Source: Acidobacteriota bacterium (GTDB taxonomy: Bacteria; Acidobacteriota; UBA6911; RPQK01; JAJDTT01). Taken from it: a stretch of 64,000 nucleotides of DNA. The position numbers and the translations under genes were made by a program. This document shows positions 9,864-21,488 of this stretch, piece after piece (position 1 is the first letter of the stretch; each line of letters opens with the position of its first letter). Below the pieces are notes generated by a model. The model was given only the letters and a program-made list of their open reading frames with translations. It ran no database searches and was not told the origin of the DNA. The stretch is from assembly GCA_965217775.1 (NCBI GenBank), contig CBDCJH010000002.1, positions 3,104,001-3,168,000 of the forward strand, written 5' to 3'.

Positions 9864-11846
9864 ATGTCGAACAGGGACACAGCGGTGAGAACGCCTGCAT
9901 TCGGCCTGTCGATCGATTGGGCGGCGCTTCTTTTCGTCTTTCTGTTGGGGGCGAACGCGCTGGCGCATCCCACTACGGAGATGCTGAAGGCCCGCCTGGC
10001 CGTCCACACCTGGGCCAACGGCTTCCTGAACCGGGACCTGGAGACGATGGCTTCGATCCTGGACCCGGAGTTGACCACGGACGGAGGCGAGAACCGGGAG
10101 CAGTACCTGGAGAACCTGCACCGGGGCATGCACAAGATCACCCACGTCTGGCTCCGATTCGCCCACTTCCAAGAGGTGGGCGACACGATCCGGGTCCACC
10201 CGATCCTGGTCTACCGGTCCCATGGCGTCACCAAGCCGGCCCTGACCCTGACGCTACGCCGGAGGGACTCGGGCTGGAAGATCGTCCACATCGGCGGTGA
10301 ACGCCGGCCGGACCTTCCGCCGGAACTCGCGGTGGACCACCCCGAGCAGCAACCCCGGCACCGGGTCCGGGTTCACTTGCGGGATCGGGACAGCGGGCAG
10401 GCCGTGGCGGCTCGAATCCGGGTCCTGGATCAAGCGGGGACCTACTGGCCGCCTCAGGGCCACCAGAGGCGAGTCCCCATCGGCTGGCGCGAGGACGTGG
10501 GGGGAGACGTGGTCGTGGTTGACGAAACCTACGCCTACGTCCACCCCGACTTCATCCTGCCCCTGGCTGCGGGAAGCTACGAGATGGAGATCCTCAAGGG
10601 AATCGAATACGAGCCCCGCAGCATCCGCTTCTCCGTCAAGAAGGGACAGGTCCCGGAACTGGAGGTCCAGTTGCGGCGCTGGTCCGACCTGCGGCAGGAG
10701 GGCTGGTACTCGGGCGACACCCACGTCCACTTCGTGAGCCCCCATGCGGCTCTGCTGGAGGCCAAGGCGGAGGATCTGAACGTCATCAACATCCTGGCCA
10801 CCAAGTGGGACGAACTGATCACCAACGTGGAGCACTTCACCGGCGAACCGGACCGCGTCTCCGAACCGGAGACCGTCATCTACGTGAACGAGGAGAGCCG
10901 GCACGACTTCCTGGGGCACACCGTGCTGCTGAATCTAAAGAACCTGGTCTATCCCCTGACCTGGGGCGGACCCGATGAAGGGGTCCCAGGCGGCATCGAC
11001 TACCCTCCCATGGCCCGGCAGGCGGACATGGCCCACGCCCAGGGCGGGTTCGTGAGCTGGGCCCACTTCCCCGGCGCCCGCGGCGAGCTGGCCATCGACG
11101 TGGCCTTGGGAAAGGTGGACTCCATCGACCTCATGACCTGGGGCGACCCTCTGGCTCCCCGCCGGAATCGTCCTGCGGCCGCCGAGATCTGGTACCGCTT
11201 CCTGAACTGCGGCTTCCGGCTGGCGGCGGCCGGCGGCACCGACAAGATGTCCAACATTCAGGTCGCCGGAATCCCCCGCGTCTACGTCCAGGTCCCCGGG
11301 CCTTTTTCCTATCCGGTCTGGCTGGACGGGATCCGCGCCGGACGGACCTTCGTGACCACGGGTCCCATGCTCCAGTTCACCGCCGGCGGCCGAGAGTTGG
11401 GCGAGACCGTTTCAGCCTCGGCCGACGAGGAGATCGAGGTAACCGCTTCCGTGCGATCCAGGATTCCGGTCGACCGCCTGGAAATCGTCCGGGGAGGCAA
11501 GGTCGTCGCCAAGGTGGAGAACCCGTCCGGGGATCGGGACCTGGCGCTGAAAGACCGGATCCGGGTGAAGGACAGCTCCTGGGTTGCGGCCCGGGCCTAC
11601 GGACCCGAACTGGTCTACCAGGGAGGGATCCCCCTGGTGGCCCACACCAGCCCCGTCTATCTTCAGGTGGGCGACCGGCAGCCGAGATCGCCCGAAGACG
11701 CCGCCTTCTTCCTCACCTGGATCGAAGAGTCTCTGACCTGGTTGGAGAAGACGGCCAATATCCCCGATCCGGAACAGCGCCGCGAAATGCAGGACCTCTT
11801 CGAAGAGGCCAAGGCAATCTACGAGGAGATGCGAGACGGAAGTTGA
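9864..11846 (+). CDS. CehA/McbA-family PHP metallohydrolase with N-terminal NTF2-like domain
   Basis: GWYSGDTHVH, WAH, WYRFLNCGF, GGTD, GRTFVTTGP, AHTSPVY. Confidence 0.85.
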   Translation: MSNRDTAVRTPAFGLSIDWAALLFVFLLGANALAHPTTEMLKARLAVHTWANGFLNRDLETMASILDPELTTDGGENREQYLENLHRGMHKITHVWLRFAHFQEVGDTIRVHPILVYRSHGVTKPALTLTLRRRDSGWKIVHIGGERRPDLPPELAVDHPEQQPRHRVRVHLRDRDSGQAVAARIRVLDQAGTYWPPQGHQRRVPIGWREDVGGDVVVVDETYAYVHPDFILPLAAGSYEMEILKGIEYEPRSIRFSVKKGQVPELEVQLRRWSDLRQEGWYSGDTHVHFVSPHAALLEAKAEDLNVINILATKWDELITNVEHFTGEPDRVSEPETVIYVNEESRHDFLGHTVLLNLKNLVYPLTWGGPDEGVPGGIDYPPMARQADMAHAQGGFVSWAHFPGARGELAIDVALGKVDSIDLMTWGDPLAPRRNRPAAAEIWYRFLNCGFRLAAAGGTDKMSNIQVAGIPRVYVQVPGPFSYPVWLDGIRAGRTFVTTGPMLQFTAGGRELGETVSASADEEIEVTASVRSRIPVDRLEIVRGGKVVAKVENPSGDRDLALKDRIRVKDSSWVAARAYGPELVYQGGIPLVAHTSPVYLQVGDRQPRSPEDAAFFLTWIEESLTWLEKTANIPDPEQRREMQDLFEEAKAIYEEMRDGS

Positions 11847-11856
11847 ACGGACGGTA

Positions 11857-11960
11857 CCGGAGCGGCGGTTTCCAGCCGCCGAACCGGAGCGGCGGTTTCC
11901 AGCCGCCGAACTCCTGAGTAACGGTGGGCTACAAAGGAATGGGCGACCGGAAGTCGTCCC
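11857..11960. repeat. REP-like palindromes; tandem 27-bp direct repeat
   Basis: CCGGAGCGGCGGTTTCCAGCCGCCGAA twice, then GGGCGACCGGAAGTCGTCC. Confidence 0.75.
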
Positions 11961-12002
11961 TTCAGACCACCCCCACATGTTTCCAAGGAGGAGTGATCCA
12001 GC

Positions 12003-12770
12003 GTGTCGGGTTGTCTTGAAGACAAGGTGATTCTCATCACCGGCGCCGGCTCCGGCATCGGCCGCGCCACCGCTCTGGCCTGCGCCCGGGAAGGCGCCCG
12101 GGTCGTGGTCTCGGACCTGAATCCGGAATGGAGCGCCGAGACCACGGAGCGAATCCTGGCGGCCGGTGGTTCAGCCAATTCCCTGCCCGCCGACGTGTCG
12201 GATGTGGCTCAGGTCGAAGCCCTGATCCGGGACACCGTGAAGCTGCATGGCCGTTTGGACTGCGCCCACAACAACGCCGGCATCGAGGGAGAGACGACCC
12301 CCTTTCACAACTACTCGGAGGAGATGTTTGATCGAGTGACGGCCATCAACCTGACGGGGGTCTGGTACTGCATGAAGTTCGAGATCAAGCAGATGCTGCG
12401 CCAGGAGGGCGGGGTCATCGTCAACACCTCCTCCGGATCCGGACTCTCGGGCACTGGCAACGGGGTCAGCGCCTACAACGCCAGCAAGCATGGTGTCATG
12501 GGCCTGACCCGAGCGGCCGCCATGGAATACGCCCGGGAGGGGATTCGTGTGAACGCCGTTTGTCCCGGCGCTATCGACACTCCCATGGCCGACCGGCTGC
12601 TGGGGCGGGACCCGGTGAAGATGGCCGCCACCGCAACCCGCACCCCTTCACAGCGTTGGGGAACGGCGGAAGAGGTGGCTGAGGTCGTGGTCTGGATGTG
12701 CTCCGATGCCGCCTCGTACCTCACCGGCCAGCCCGTATCCGTCGACGGCGGCTCCCAGGCCGGAAGATAA
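12003..12770 (+). CDS. SDR family oxidoreductase
   Basis: TGAGSGIG, NNAG, YNASK, VNAVCPG. Confidence 0.95.
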   Translation: MSGCLEDKVILITGAGSGIGRATALACAREGARVVVSDLNPEWSAETTERILAAGGSANSLPADVSDVAQVEALIRDTVKLHGRLDCAHNNAGIEGETTPFHNYSEEMFDRVTAINLTGVWYCMKFEIKQMLRQEGGVIVNTSSGSGLSGTGNGVSAYNASKHGVMGLTRAAAMEYAREGIRVNAVCPGAIDTPMADRLLGRDPVKMAATATRTPSQRWGTAEEVAEVVVWMCSDAASYLTGQPVSVDGGSQAGR

Positions 12771-12840
12771 AATGGCTCGACTGAAACGGCGGTAAACCTC
12801 GTCCAAGACCCCTTCGAAGCAGGTTCCGTCGCGCGGCACC

Positions 12841-13434
12841 TCAGGCATGAGGGCCACGCTCCCGGATAATTCTCAAAGCCAGCTCGGGATCGATCTGGAC
12901 GATCATCTCGGGCTCGGTCCGGACTCCCGCGGGCAGATCGAAACCCCCGACGGCACTACGCGCGTGCCAACCTGAAAGAGATTGATCCCTGCCATCTTCT
13001 GCAAACTGAGACAGCGGTCCACCGAAGACATCATGAAAGACCTTGGAGTATCCGTTGACGACCAGGTGCGAGAGGGTCAGGACCCCACCGCCGGCCGAGT
13101 TGACCATGCCGAAACCTTTGACGCAGTACCAGACATCGTTCAGCGTTCCCAGAGGATGGAGTCCCCAGTGCAGAACGCGGATGTGCTGGATGCCCGCCTC
13201 GCGACCCGCTACGGTCCCCTTCTCGACCTCGGCATCCTCGTCGGTGACCGCTCCCATGCCGGCGGTGGTGCCGGAAAGAAATACCAGGCCCGAGGGGGTA
13301 AGGGTGGCCTGGGCAAGATTCTCCGCACCTGGAGGCGGAAGTGCATCTTCCTTCTGCCCCAGATCGATTCCCAGCCGGCTGATCCTGTCGTAGACATCGA
13401 AATTTCTCTTCCAACTCGAGTTCAGTTCTACCAT
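12841..13434 (-). CDS. Divergent Rid (YjgF/YER057c/UK114) family protein
   Basis: LVFLSG, GMVNS, VNGYS..F..VFG, HARSAVG..LP motifs. Confidence 0.7.
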   Translation of the reverse strand: MVELNSSWKRNFDVYDRISRLGIDLGQKEDALPPPGAENLAQATLTPSGLVFLSGTTAGMGAVTDEDAEVEKGTVAGREAGIQHIRVLHWGLHPLGTLNDVWYCVKGFGMVNSAGGGVLTLSHLVVNGYSKVFHDVFGGPLSQFAEDGRDQSLSGWHARSAVGGFDLPAGVRTEPEMIVQIDPELALRIIRERGPHA

Positions 13435-13497
13435 CGGTTTCCTCCGTAAATGATTCTTGAAATGGATAACGAGATAGCGCTGGATCTAATGCCCGAT

Positions 13498-14772
13498 CTA
13501 AGCCCCGGCTGCCTGGTCCCAGACCCGGAGGAAGTTCTCCCCCAGGATCTTTCGGATGTCCCCATCGCTGTATCCCCGTTTCACCAGACCCTTGGTCAGG
13601 TTCGGCCACTTGGATCGGTCTTCCAGGTCCTCGACGGGCTCGTTGTCGGAGGAGACCGCCACCTGGTCGATTCCGGCCACCTTGACGGCATGGTCGATGT
13701 GGTCCAGGAAAGCATCGATGGGAGGCAGATCGATTTTCTCGACGTAGGAATGCGAATCCAGCGTATTCCTCATGGCGGCGGCAATCTCCCAGGGATCCGA
13801 GTGCTGCTGCGCGAGGCGAAGATCCCGGTCCGTGTAGTCGGGAAGGAACCGGGTTTTCATCATGTCGTTCAGGGCTTTGGTATCCAGGTAGGAGGGAACG
13901 GTGAAGATTCCCACCACGCCCCCGTTCTCGGCCAGGGCCCGCAGCATCTCGTCCGTCAGGTTGCGTTGCACCATGCACAGGGCCCGGCAACCGGAATGGG
14001 TGGCGATGATGGGTTTGGAACTGGTTTGGATCGTGTCCCAAAACGCCTGGTCCGAGGCATGGGAGATGTCCACCAGCATCCCGATCTGGTTGCACTCCCG
14101 AACCACCTCCCGGCCGAAGTCGCTCAACCCGGACTTCGGGTTCAGCTCCCCACTGGAATCGACCCAGTCGAAAGCAGCAATATGGGTCAACGCAAAGACC
14201 CGGATCCCCATGCGGTGATACATCCTCAGGACGGCCAGATCGTTGGCGATCCAGCCCGCGTTGAGCATGGGGATCACCGCAATCTTCCCCGCTCGGACGA
14301 TTCGCTTCAGGTCGGAGGACCGTAGTGCCAGCTCCACGGCATCCGGGTGCTGCCGCACGCTTCGCTCCAGTATCTCGTCGACGCGCTGCAGGACCCGCTT
14401 GACCACGTCCGGGCCGTCAAACAGGTTGTCGCAAATGTTCTTGCCCACTTCGGGAGGATCGATGATTCCTTCCCGGGCATCGCTCCGGAAGATTTCTTCG
14501 ACACCGATTCCGTGGACGATGGCGTCGACCTGGCCCTTTTGGAAGTCTTCCAGGTAAAGCGTGCCGTAGGTGTCGATGACGATGGCATCCCGGTGCAACT
14601 GGGCCGGGTCTACGGCTCCGGCAAATCCAGCTGAACGTTCTCCCCGGGTGGATCTGCCCGCCACACCCAAGGCGACGGCCGAAAGAGACTGCTTGAGAAA
14701 GCCACGTCGCTCCATAGAACCGTCATTCCTCATAGCAGCTTCGGATCCGGGTTTCTCTGAGATTCGCATCAA
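13498..14772 (-). CDS. Membrane dipeptidase (M19) family protein, Tat signal
   Basis: RRGFLK; GLSDFGREVV, VDISH, THSG, RNLTDE, ILGENFLRV. Confidence 0.85.
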   Translation of the reverse strand: MMRISEKPGSEAAMRNDGSMERRGFLKQSLSAVALGVAGRSTRGERSAGFAGAVDPAQLHRDAIVIDTYGTLYLEDFQKGQVDAIVHGIGVEEIFRSDAREGIIDPPEVGKNICDNLFDGPDVVKRVLQRVDEILERSVRQHPDAVELALRSSDLKRIVRAGKIAVIPMLNAGWIANDLAVLRMYHRMGIRVFALTHIAAFDWVDSSGELNPKSGLSDFGREVVRECNQIGMLVDISHASDQAFWDTIQTSSKPIIATHSGCRALCMVQRNLTDEMLRALAENGGVVGIFTVPSYLDTKALNDMMKTRFLPDYTDRDLRLAQQHSDPWEIAAAMRNTLDSHSYVEKIDLPPIDAFLDHIDHAVKVAGIDQVAVSSDNEPVEDLEDRSKWPNLTKGLVKRGYSDGDIRKILGENFLRVWDQAAGA

Positions 14773-14785
14773 GCTGCCCTCCCAA

Positions 14786-15637
14786 CTACTTGCTCTTTCC
14801 TTCTTGTAGCGTGTCGCGTTTCAAAGGAAGCTCTGCCACTCGTTTAAAATCGCTCCAGTGGGATTCCCTCCGGCTGTGCAGCGATTTGAACAGGATCCTC
14901 CCCTTGAGATAGAGCCGGAAGTAACTGGGGAACCAGATCCCGTCTTCGCCTTCCTTGCGATCCATCATCCCGTCAATCCGGGAGATGGAACCGAGTATTC
15001 CCCACCAGATCCGGGTCGGCCTTATGAGCTCGAACTCGACCCGGACGATCTCGTACGACTCCCGATCCAGCCAGATCCGGCCTCGGGAGTTGTTCAGGGC
15101 ACGGTCGATTCTGCGCCTGACGGGGAGCTTTCCGCTTTTGGGCTCGAAGCTCAGCCGGTAGACCTGGCGTCCGTGGAGCTCCCCGGTCCCTTCCACCCGA
15201 AAGCGATACCGGCCCACCAACTCCCGGTTGAATCTGACTTCGTTGTCGTTCGACTTGCGGGCATCCCTGTCCCTCTCAAGGCGACGCCGAAACTTCGCCT
15301 CCTTCCGGCGTTCGGCCTCCTGCTCCTTCTTGCTCAGGGGCTCTCCGTCCTTCTCCAGCAACCTCTCATAGCGCACGTTGCCGATGGGTACGACCTGGTA
15401 GAGGCGCTTTTCGACCTGGGTCGGTTGAGCCTGCTTGTTCAGCTTCTCCGAGATCCGGAGGTGTCGGAAGGAATAGGCTTGCTCCGCTCGCTGCTTATTG
15501 TTGGCCAGGCCTCGTTCCAGGGCCCGGGAGAGGATCTCTTTCTCGGAGGGCTCCGGGGCGGGATTCTGCCCCCACATCAGGTCGGGGGTTCCGGCCCAGG
15601 CCAGCAGAACGATCACTGCGCGAATAAAAAGCCTCAC
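14786..15637 (-). CDS. Exported hypothetical protein
   Basis: GTG start overlapping the ROK stop; signal peptide; GRIWLD..YEIVR beta-rich region. Confidence 0.6.
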   Translation of the reverse strand: MRLFIRAVIVLLAWAGTPDLMWGQNPAPEPSEKEILSRALERGLANNKQRAEQAYSFRHLRISEKLNKQAQPTQVEKRLYQVVPIGNVRYERLLEKDGEPLSKKEQEAERRKEAKFRRRLERDRDARKSNDNEVRFNRELVGRYRFRVEGTGELHGRQVYRLSFEPKSGKLPVRRRIDRALNNSRGRIWLDRESYEIVRVEFELIRPTRIWWGILGSISRIDGMMDRKEGEDGIWFPSYFRLYLKGRILFKSLHSRRESHWSDFKRVAELPLKRDTLQEGKSK

Positions 15638-16593
15638 GCTCGACTCCACTCGTTTCCGGCCAGGAGCAGGGCTCCTTCCACAACCACGGTCTCTCCCAGT
15701 TTGGCCGATACCACCTGATAGCACCCGACGAGGGGTGGAAAAACGTACCTCTCGATCTCTGTCCGAATCGGGGCGAAGAACAATTCCTCGCCACTCCGGC
15801 TCACACCGCCTCCGATCACGATCAACTCCGGTGACAGCAGGGTCAAGACCTGGGCGATGGCCCATCCGAGCGCCTGGGTGGCCTGGCGGAACGCGGCCCA
15901 GGCCACAGCGTCTCCGGATCGGGCCGCCTCGGCAACCAATTCCGCCGTCAGACCCGCCGGGTTCCCCTGGCATGACGCCAGGAGCCGGCGGCCGTTCCGG
16001 TCCGAATCGGCCCTCTTGCCACCCAGACTCCTGCGGGCGAAATCGGCAATGGACCATCCGCTGGCCAGGCTCTCCACCGTCCGGTCCGGATCCACCGCGT
16101 CCAGTCCCGGGCGCAGATGTCCGATCTCGGAGACTGACGGGCGGCCCTGTCCTTGAAGCCGCCCGTTCACGACATGACCGCCGCCCACGCCCGTTCCCAC
16201 CGTCACGTAGAAGACGGAGTCCTTCCCTCGACCCGCCCCGATACGGCTTTCAGCCAGCGCAGCCAAGTCGCAATCGTTTCCCAGAACGGCCGGCAGACCC
16301 GGATTTCGGCGAAACCAGTCGACCATAGGGAAGTTCTCCCAGCCGATGACATGATGGCTCTTGCGCACCCGGCCCTTCGCCCCGTCCACCGGACCGCCGA
16401 AGCCCACGCCGATTCCCCGGATGGAGTGGACTGTCTTCAGGTTGGAGGTCTCCTCCCGAATCTGCTCCAGGATGCCGGCGGCACCGGCCACGGGATCGAC
16501 GTCCCGGCGCGCCAGGCAGACCAGGGGAGTTCCGTCTCCGGCACCGACTCCCAACTGGAGTTTCGTCCCGCCGATTTCGATGCCCAGAAACAT
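15634..16593 (-). CDS. ROK family sugar kinase
   Basis: GIEIGGTK, NDCDLAALAE, GTGVGGG, EIGH, IGGGVS. Confidence 0.93.
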   Translation of the reverse strand: MFLGIEIGGTKLQLGVGAGDGTPLVCLARRDVDPVAGAAGILEQIREETSNLKTVHSIRGIGVGFGGPVDGAKGRVRKSHHVIGWENFPMVDWFRRNPGLPAVLGNDCDLAALAESRIGAGRGKDSVFYVTVGTGVGGGHVVNGRLQGQGRPSVSEIGHLRPGLDAVDPDRTVESLASGWSIADFARRSLGGKRADSDRNGRRLLASCQGNPAGLTAELVAEAARSGDAVAWAAFRQATQALGWAIAQVLTLLSPELIVIGGGVSRSGEELFFAPIRTEIERYVFPPLVGCYQVVSAKLGETVVVEGALLLAGNEWSRA

Positions 16594-16712
16594 GAGTTCA
16601 CCAACTCTCAGAATGACCCTGCAACCCGCCTGGATTCGGAAGCCGTCTTGTCTCGGAACCGCTTCCGTCGAATGATTCCGGAATTAGGAGGGAAACCTCG
16701 GAGGCTGGGCCG

Positions 16713-17753
<1,041 letters not shown>

Positions 17754-17790
17754 GTCGATCTCTCCTTGAGGGGTCATGCAGCCTGGGTCG

Positions 17791-19239
17791 TCAGCCGTCG
17801 AATTCGGCCGGACGCCTGTGAGCCCAGGGCCGGGCCTGCTCGAAAGCCGCCGAAGCGGCCAGCACCGTCTCTTCGTCTCCCCAACGGCCCACGATCTGCA
17901 GCCCGATGGGCATCCCGTCGCCGGAGAAGCCACACGGGACACTGGCGGCCGGATTCTCCGACAAGTTGAACGGGAAGGTAAAGGGGAAGAAGCGCCAAGA
18001 CGGATTGGAGAGCCGGCGGCCCGCCACCACCTCCGGTGGCCGGCCGATGGGAAACGCCGGCACCGAGGTCACGGGGGTGAGAAGGAGATCGTATCGGCCG
18101 AACAGGCGCGCCGTCTCGGCCCGATAGAATCCGATTCTGTTGAGCGCCCGGTAACAGTCCGCCGCGGACAGGCCGCGGCCGTGCTCCAGCGTGGCCCTGA
18201 AATAGTCGGTGAGTTGTTCCCGGGACCCGGGATCGTCCAGCAACTGACCGAGGCAGGCGTAGCCCTTGGCCGAGAAGTAGTCGAAGAAGAACTGGAACAT
18301 CTCATCGTTGGGTTCGGGGCCGAAGGCGACCTCCTCCACTCGGGAGCCCAACTCCTCGAAGACCCGGGCCGCTTCCGAAACCCGCTCCGTCACCTGGGGA
18401 TCCACGGCGGCTCCCCCCAGATCCAGATTGAGCGCGACCCTCAGGCCGCCGACTCCCCGGCCCAGCGCCGCCTCGAAGTCGGGAGGCTCCTCTTGGATGG
18501 TTCCGTACTCGGCGTCCGGAGCGGGCCCGGCCAATGCAGCCGCCAGGATGGCGGCGTCCCGCACCGTCCGGGTCATGGGACCGACCGACGAGTTGTTGAT
18601 GGGGTTCCAGGAGCTCATGTCCGCGTGGCGGCGCGGGATGCGGCCCTGGGTGGCCTTGAGCCCGAAGATCCCGTTCAGAGCGCAGGGGATGCGGACGCTC
18701 CCGCCCCCGTCGCTGCCCTGGGCCACGGCGGCAAGCCCGGCGGCCACCGCCGCGCCCGCGCCCCCGCTGGAGCCGCCGGACGTCCTTTCGGTGTTCCAGG
18801 GATTGCGGCAGGGACCATAGACCAGATTCTCGGTGGTCCCCGAGAAGCCGAACTCGGGGGTATTGGTCTTTCCGATGATGATCCCGCCGGCGTTCTTTAC
18901 CCGCTCCACGCAGAGGGCGTCACTGGCGGCGATTTCTTCCGCCGGGACCGAGCCGTGGGTGAAACGGACGCCCTTGACGCCTTCCAGATCCTTGATGGGC
19001 ACGGGAATACCGTGCAGCGGTCCCAGAGGGTCCCCTGCCAGGACGGCCGCCTCCGCCTGCCGCGCCTGCTCCAGAGCCAGATCGTCGGTCACGGTGATGA
19101 AGGCGCCCAGCCTGGAGTTGTAACGCTCGATCCGTTCCAGCGTGGCCTCCACCAACTCCACCGGCGACAGTTCCTTGGCCGCGATGAGTTCCCGGAGCCG
19201 ATAGAGGGGCAGATACGCCAGTTCGTGGTCCAAAGCCAT
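17791..19239 (-). CDS. Amidase-signature family protein
   Basis: GPLHGIP..IKD, GKTNTPEF, GGSSGG, GSDGGGSVRIP. Confidence 0.95.
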   Translation of the reverse strand: MALDHELAYLPLYRLRELIAAKELSPVELVEATLERIERYNSRLGAFITVTDDLALEQARQAEAAVLAGDPLGPLHGIPVPIKDLEGVKGVRFTHGSVPAEEIAASDALCVERVKNAGGIIIGKTNTPEFGFSGTTENLVYGPCRNPWNTERTSGGSSGGAGAAVAAGLAAVAQGSDGGGSVRIPCALNGIFGLKATQGRIPRRHADMSSWNPINNSSVGPMTRTVRDAAILAAALAGPAPDAEYGTIQEEPPDFEAALGRGVGGLRVALNLDLGGAAVDPQVTERVSEAARVFEELGSRVEEVAFGPEPNDEMFQFFFDYFSAKGYACLGQLLDDPGSREQLTDYFRATLEHGRGLSAADCYRALNRIGFYRAETARLFGRYDLLLTPVTSVPAFPIGRPPEVVAGRRLSNPSWRFFPFTFPFNLSENPAASVPCGFSGDGMPIGLQIVGRWGDEETVLAASAAFEQARPWAHRRPAEFDG

Positions 19240-19314
19240 GGTGCTATGTCTCCGTTCGCATTCCCGATCCCGCCGCTCCAGTAGACCCCGCCGGCTTCAG
19301 CCCGGCAACGGTCA

Positions 19315-20112
19315 TTATCCCATGGCCGCGCCGCCGTCCACGCAGATGGTCTGTCCCGTGATGTTGCGGGCGTCGTCCGAGGCCAGAAAGGCCGCCAACT
19401 GGCCGATGTCCTCCGGAGTCTGCTCCCGCTGCATGGGAATGTTGTCCTTGACATATTTTTCGAACATCGGGCGAGGCTCCAGTCCGGCGTAGTCGGAATG
19501 CGCGGCGATCATGGGAGCCAACCGGTGCCAGAAGGGGGACCAGATCATCCCCGGGCAGATCGCGTTCACGGTGACATTGTAGGGGGCCAGGTCCTTGGCC
19601 GTGACCCGGGTCAGACTCAGCACGGCGTTCTTGGCAGCCGTGTAGTCAGGAAGGATCTGGGCATCCCGCCGGGCGGCAATGGAGGAGATGTTGATGATCT
19701 TGCCGTAACGCCGCTCCATCATGTGCGGCGCCACCGCCTTGGAGAGCAGGAAGGGACCCTTGACGTTGACCCGGTAGCAGTTGTCCCAGTCCTCTTCCTC
19801 CTGATTCGTGAAGGGCAAGCCGAGCCGGCGGCCGAAGAGCCCCGCATTGTTGACCAGGACGTCGATCTTGGAGAACGCCTTCAGGCCGGCTTCCACCAGA
19901 TCGAGACAATCCTGAGCGACGGTGACGTCCGCCCGGACCGTCAGGGATCCCCGCCCCTCATCCCGCACCTGGGAGGCACAGCGTTCCGCCGCCTCCAGGT
20001 CGATGTCCGACACCACCACGTCCGCCCCTTCCCGAGCCAGAGCCAGACAGATGCCGGAGCCGATGCCACCCCCGCCGCCGGTCACCACGGCGACCCGATC
20101 CTGCAAGCGCAT
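19315..20112 (-). CDS. SDR family oxidoreductase
   Basis: TGGGGGIG, NNAG, YTAAK, VNAICPG. Confidence 0.93.
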   Translation of the reverse strand: MRLQDRVAVVTGGGGGIGSGICLALAREGADVVVSDIDLEAAERCASQVRDEGRGSLTVRADVTVAQDCLDLVEAGLKAFSKIDVLVNNAGLFGRRLGLPFTNQEEEDWDNCYRVNVKGPFLLSKAVAPHMMERRYGKIINISSIAARRDAQILPDYTAAKNAVLSLTRVTAKDLAPYNVTVNAICPGMIWSPFWHRLAPMIAAHSDYAGLEPRPMFEKYVKDNIPMQREQTPEDIGQLAAFLASDDARNITGQTICVDGGAAMG

Positions 20113-20260
20113 GATTGATCTCCTTACGGGTTCCAGTGAGTGAAAACGGCGGCAGAATACACTTGTGCCGAACTGAAAGACAATGAGTGCGGGTCCTCGG
20201 GGGCGGCGGGTCGAGCCGATTCGATCTGTTAAACTGGCCGCGCGCTTGAGCCGCGCCGCC

Positions 20261-20449
20261 ATGTCATCGACGCTTTCGGATTTTCTCTCCCAGCTTCGTT
20301 TCCCCTACCTGTTTCTCCTCACCGCCGCCGTCTTCTTCCCGGACGTCCTGGTCCCCGATCTCGTTCCGTTTGCGGACGAGATCCTGCTGGGCTTGGGAAC
20401 CCTCCTGCTGTCGAGGCTCAAGAGGAACAGAAGCGATGGGGCAGGTTAA
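20261..20449 (+). CDS. Small membrane protein (DUF6116-like), copy 1
   Basis: LRFPYLF...PD.VPFADEILLGLGTLLL; duplicated at 25424. Confidence 0.7.
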   Translation: MSSTLSDFLSQLRFPYLFLLTAAVFFPDVLVPDLVPFADEILLGLGTLLLSRLKRNRSDGAG

Positions 20450-20497
20450 GAGTATGTTGACCGAATCCTCAAGTCTCTACCGAATGGAGATGAGAGC

Positions 20498-20722
20498 ATG
20501 AATTCCGAACTCATTCAATCCGATCCCGCGGTCATGATGGGGAAGCCTGTCGTCGCGGGAACCCGCATTACCGTTGAGTTGATTCTGGAAAAGCTCTCCG
20601 CAGGTGAGACTGTGGATGAAATTCTCGATGCCCATCCTCGTTTGACCAGGGAAGGCGTTCTGGCAGCCTTGAGTTTTGCAGCTCGCGCCCTGCGCGCCGA
20701 TGTCCTTTATCCAACCGCATGA
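20498..20722 (+). CDS. DUF433 antitoxin
   Basis: DPAVMMGKPVVAGTRITVELIL...EILDAHPRL. Confidence 0.9.
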   Translation: MNSELIQSDPAVMMGKPVVAGTRITVELILEKLSAGETVDEILDAHPRLTREGVLAALSFAARALRADVLYPTA

Positions 20723-20731
20723 ACAGGGTAC

Positions 20732-21106
20732 ATGAACCTTCTGGCGGATGAAGGCGTGGACAAGCCTATCGTTGACCGTTTGCGCCGGGATGGTCACACC
20801 GTACTGTACATTGCGGAGTTGGACCCATGGTCCGAAGAGGCCCAGCGCCAAGTAGGCAGGGCGCCTGGCCTGAGTTACGTTGGCGGCTACGGAGAGGATG
20901 GGAGGATTCTTTTTGATGATCGATGTCCGATTCTCGAGGAAGGGACTGTAGTTTATCGGAAGGACGGGAAGCCTTTTCCTTCGACGGCTTCGACCATCGA
21001 AATGCCACACCGTGTGAGTGCAATAGACCAGTTTGCCGCACCGGAAGACCTCAAAGACCTCAAAGTCAGGCACGACAGCAGACGGAGTAGTTGGGACATT
21101 TCATGA
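20732..21106 (+). pseudogene. Truncated DUF5615 PIN-like toxin fused to unrelated sequence
   Basis: MNLLADEGVD..IVDRLR.DGH.V matches a PIN N-terminus for about 32 aa, then similarity is lost (no LLTxDKDF). Confidence 0.65.
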
Positions 21107-21375
21107 AGCACAAATCTGTAACGCTGACCGCACTCGTATTGTTTACGGCGTGGACAACTGCCTCAGGGCCGGCAAAGCAGGCAACCGGCGAAACGGCTTT
21201 GAATAAAAGGCTAGGAACTTGGACGTCCCAAATCGAATTCAAGCCGGCGGCATGGTCGCTCCAGGCCAGAGAATTGTCCGGAACCGTTCAAGCCGAGTGG
21301 ATTCTGAGTGACCGGTACCAGCAGATTTCCCGAAACCCGTCTTCCTGGCTGGGTCACCAGCCAGAACACCGCTAA
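21103..21375 (+). pseudogene. 3'-truncated paralog of the exported protein at 30766-32974
   Basis: Aligns with that gene up to YQQIS, then breaks off. Confidence 0.75.
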
Positions 21376-21439
21376 CAGAAAGGGAATTCGGTGATCCGGT
21401 CCTCGGTCAATGGAGGGATCGAGGCAATGTGAGGGGTAA

Positions 21440-21474
21440 CGGTGAGGGGATAGAGCGAATCTACCCCCTCACCG
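21440..21474. terminator. Hairpin downstream of the TonB receptor gene
   Basis: CGGTGAGGGGATAGA...TCTACCCCCTCACCG inverted repeat just past the stop at 21489. Confidence 0.5.
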
Positions 21475-21488
21475 AGATTGGTATCCAG

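Noticed and set aside
11857-11912. Tandem 27-bp repeat as a CRISPR array
   Set aside because: Only two adjacent units, no spacers, no cas genes; it matches the REP-like family
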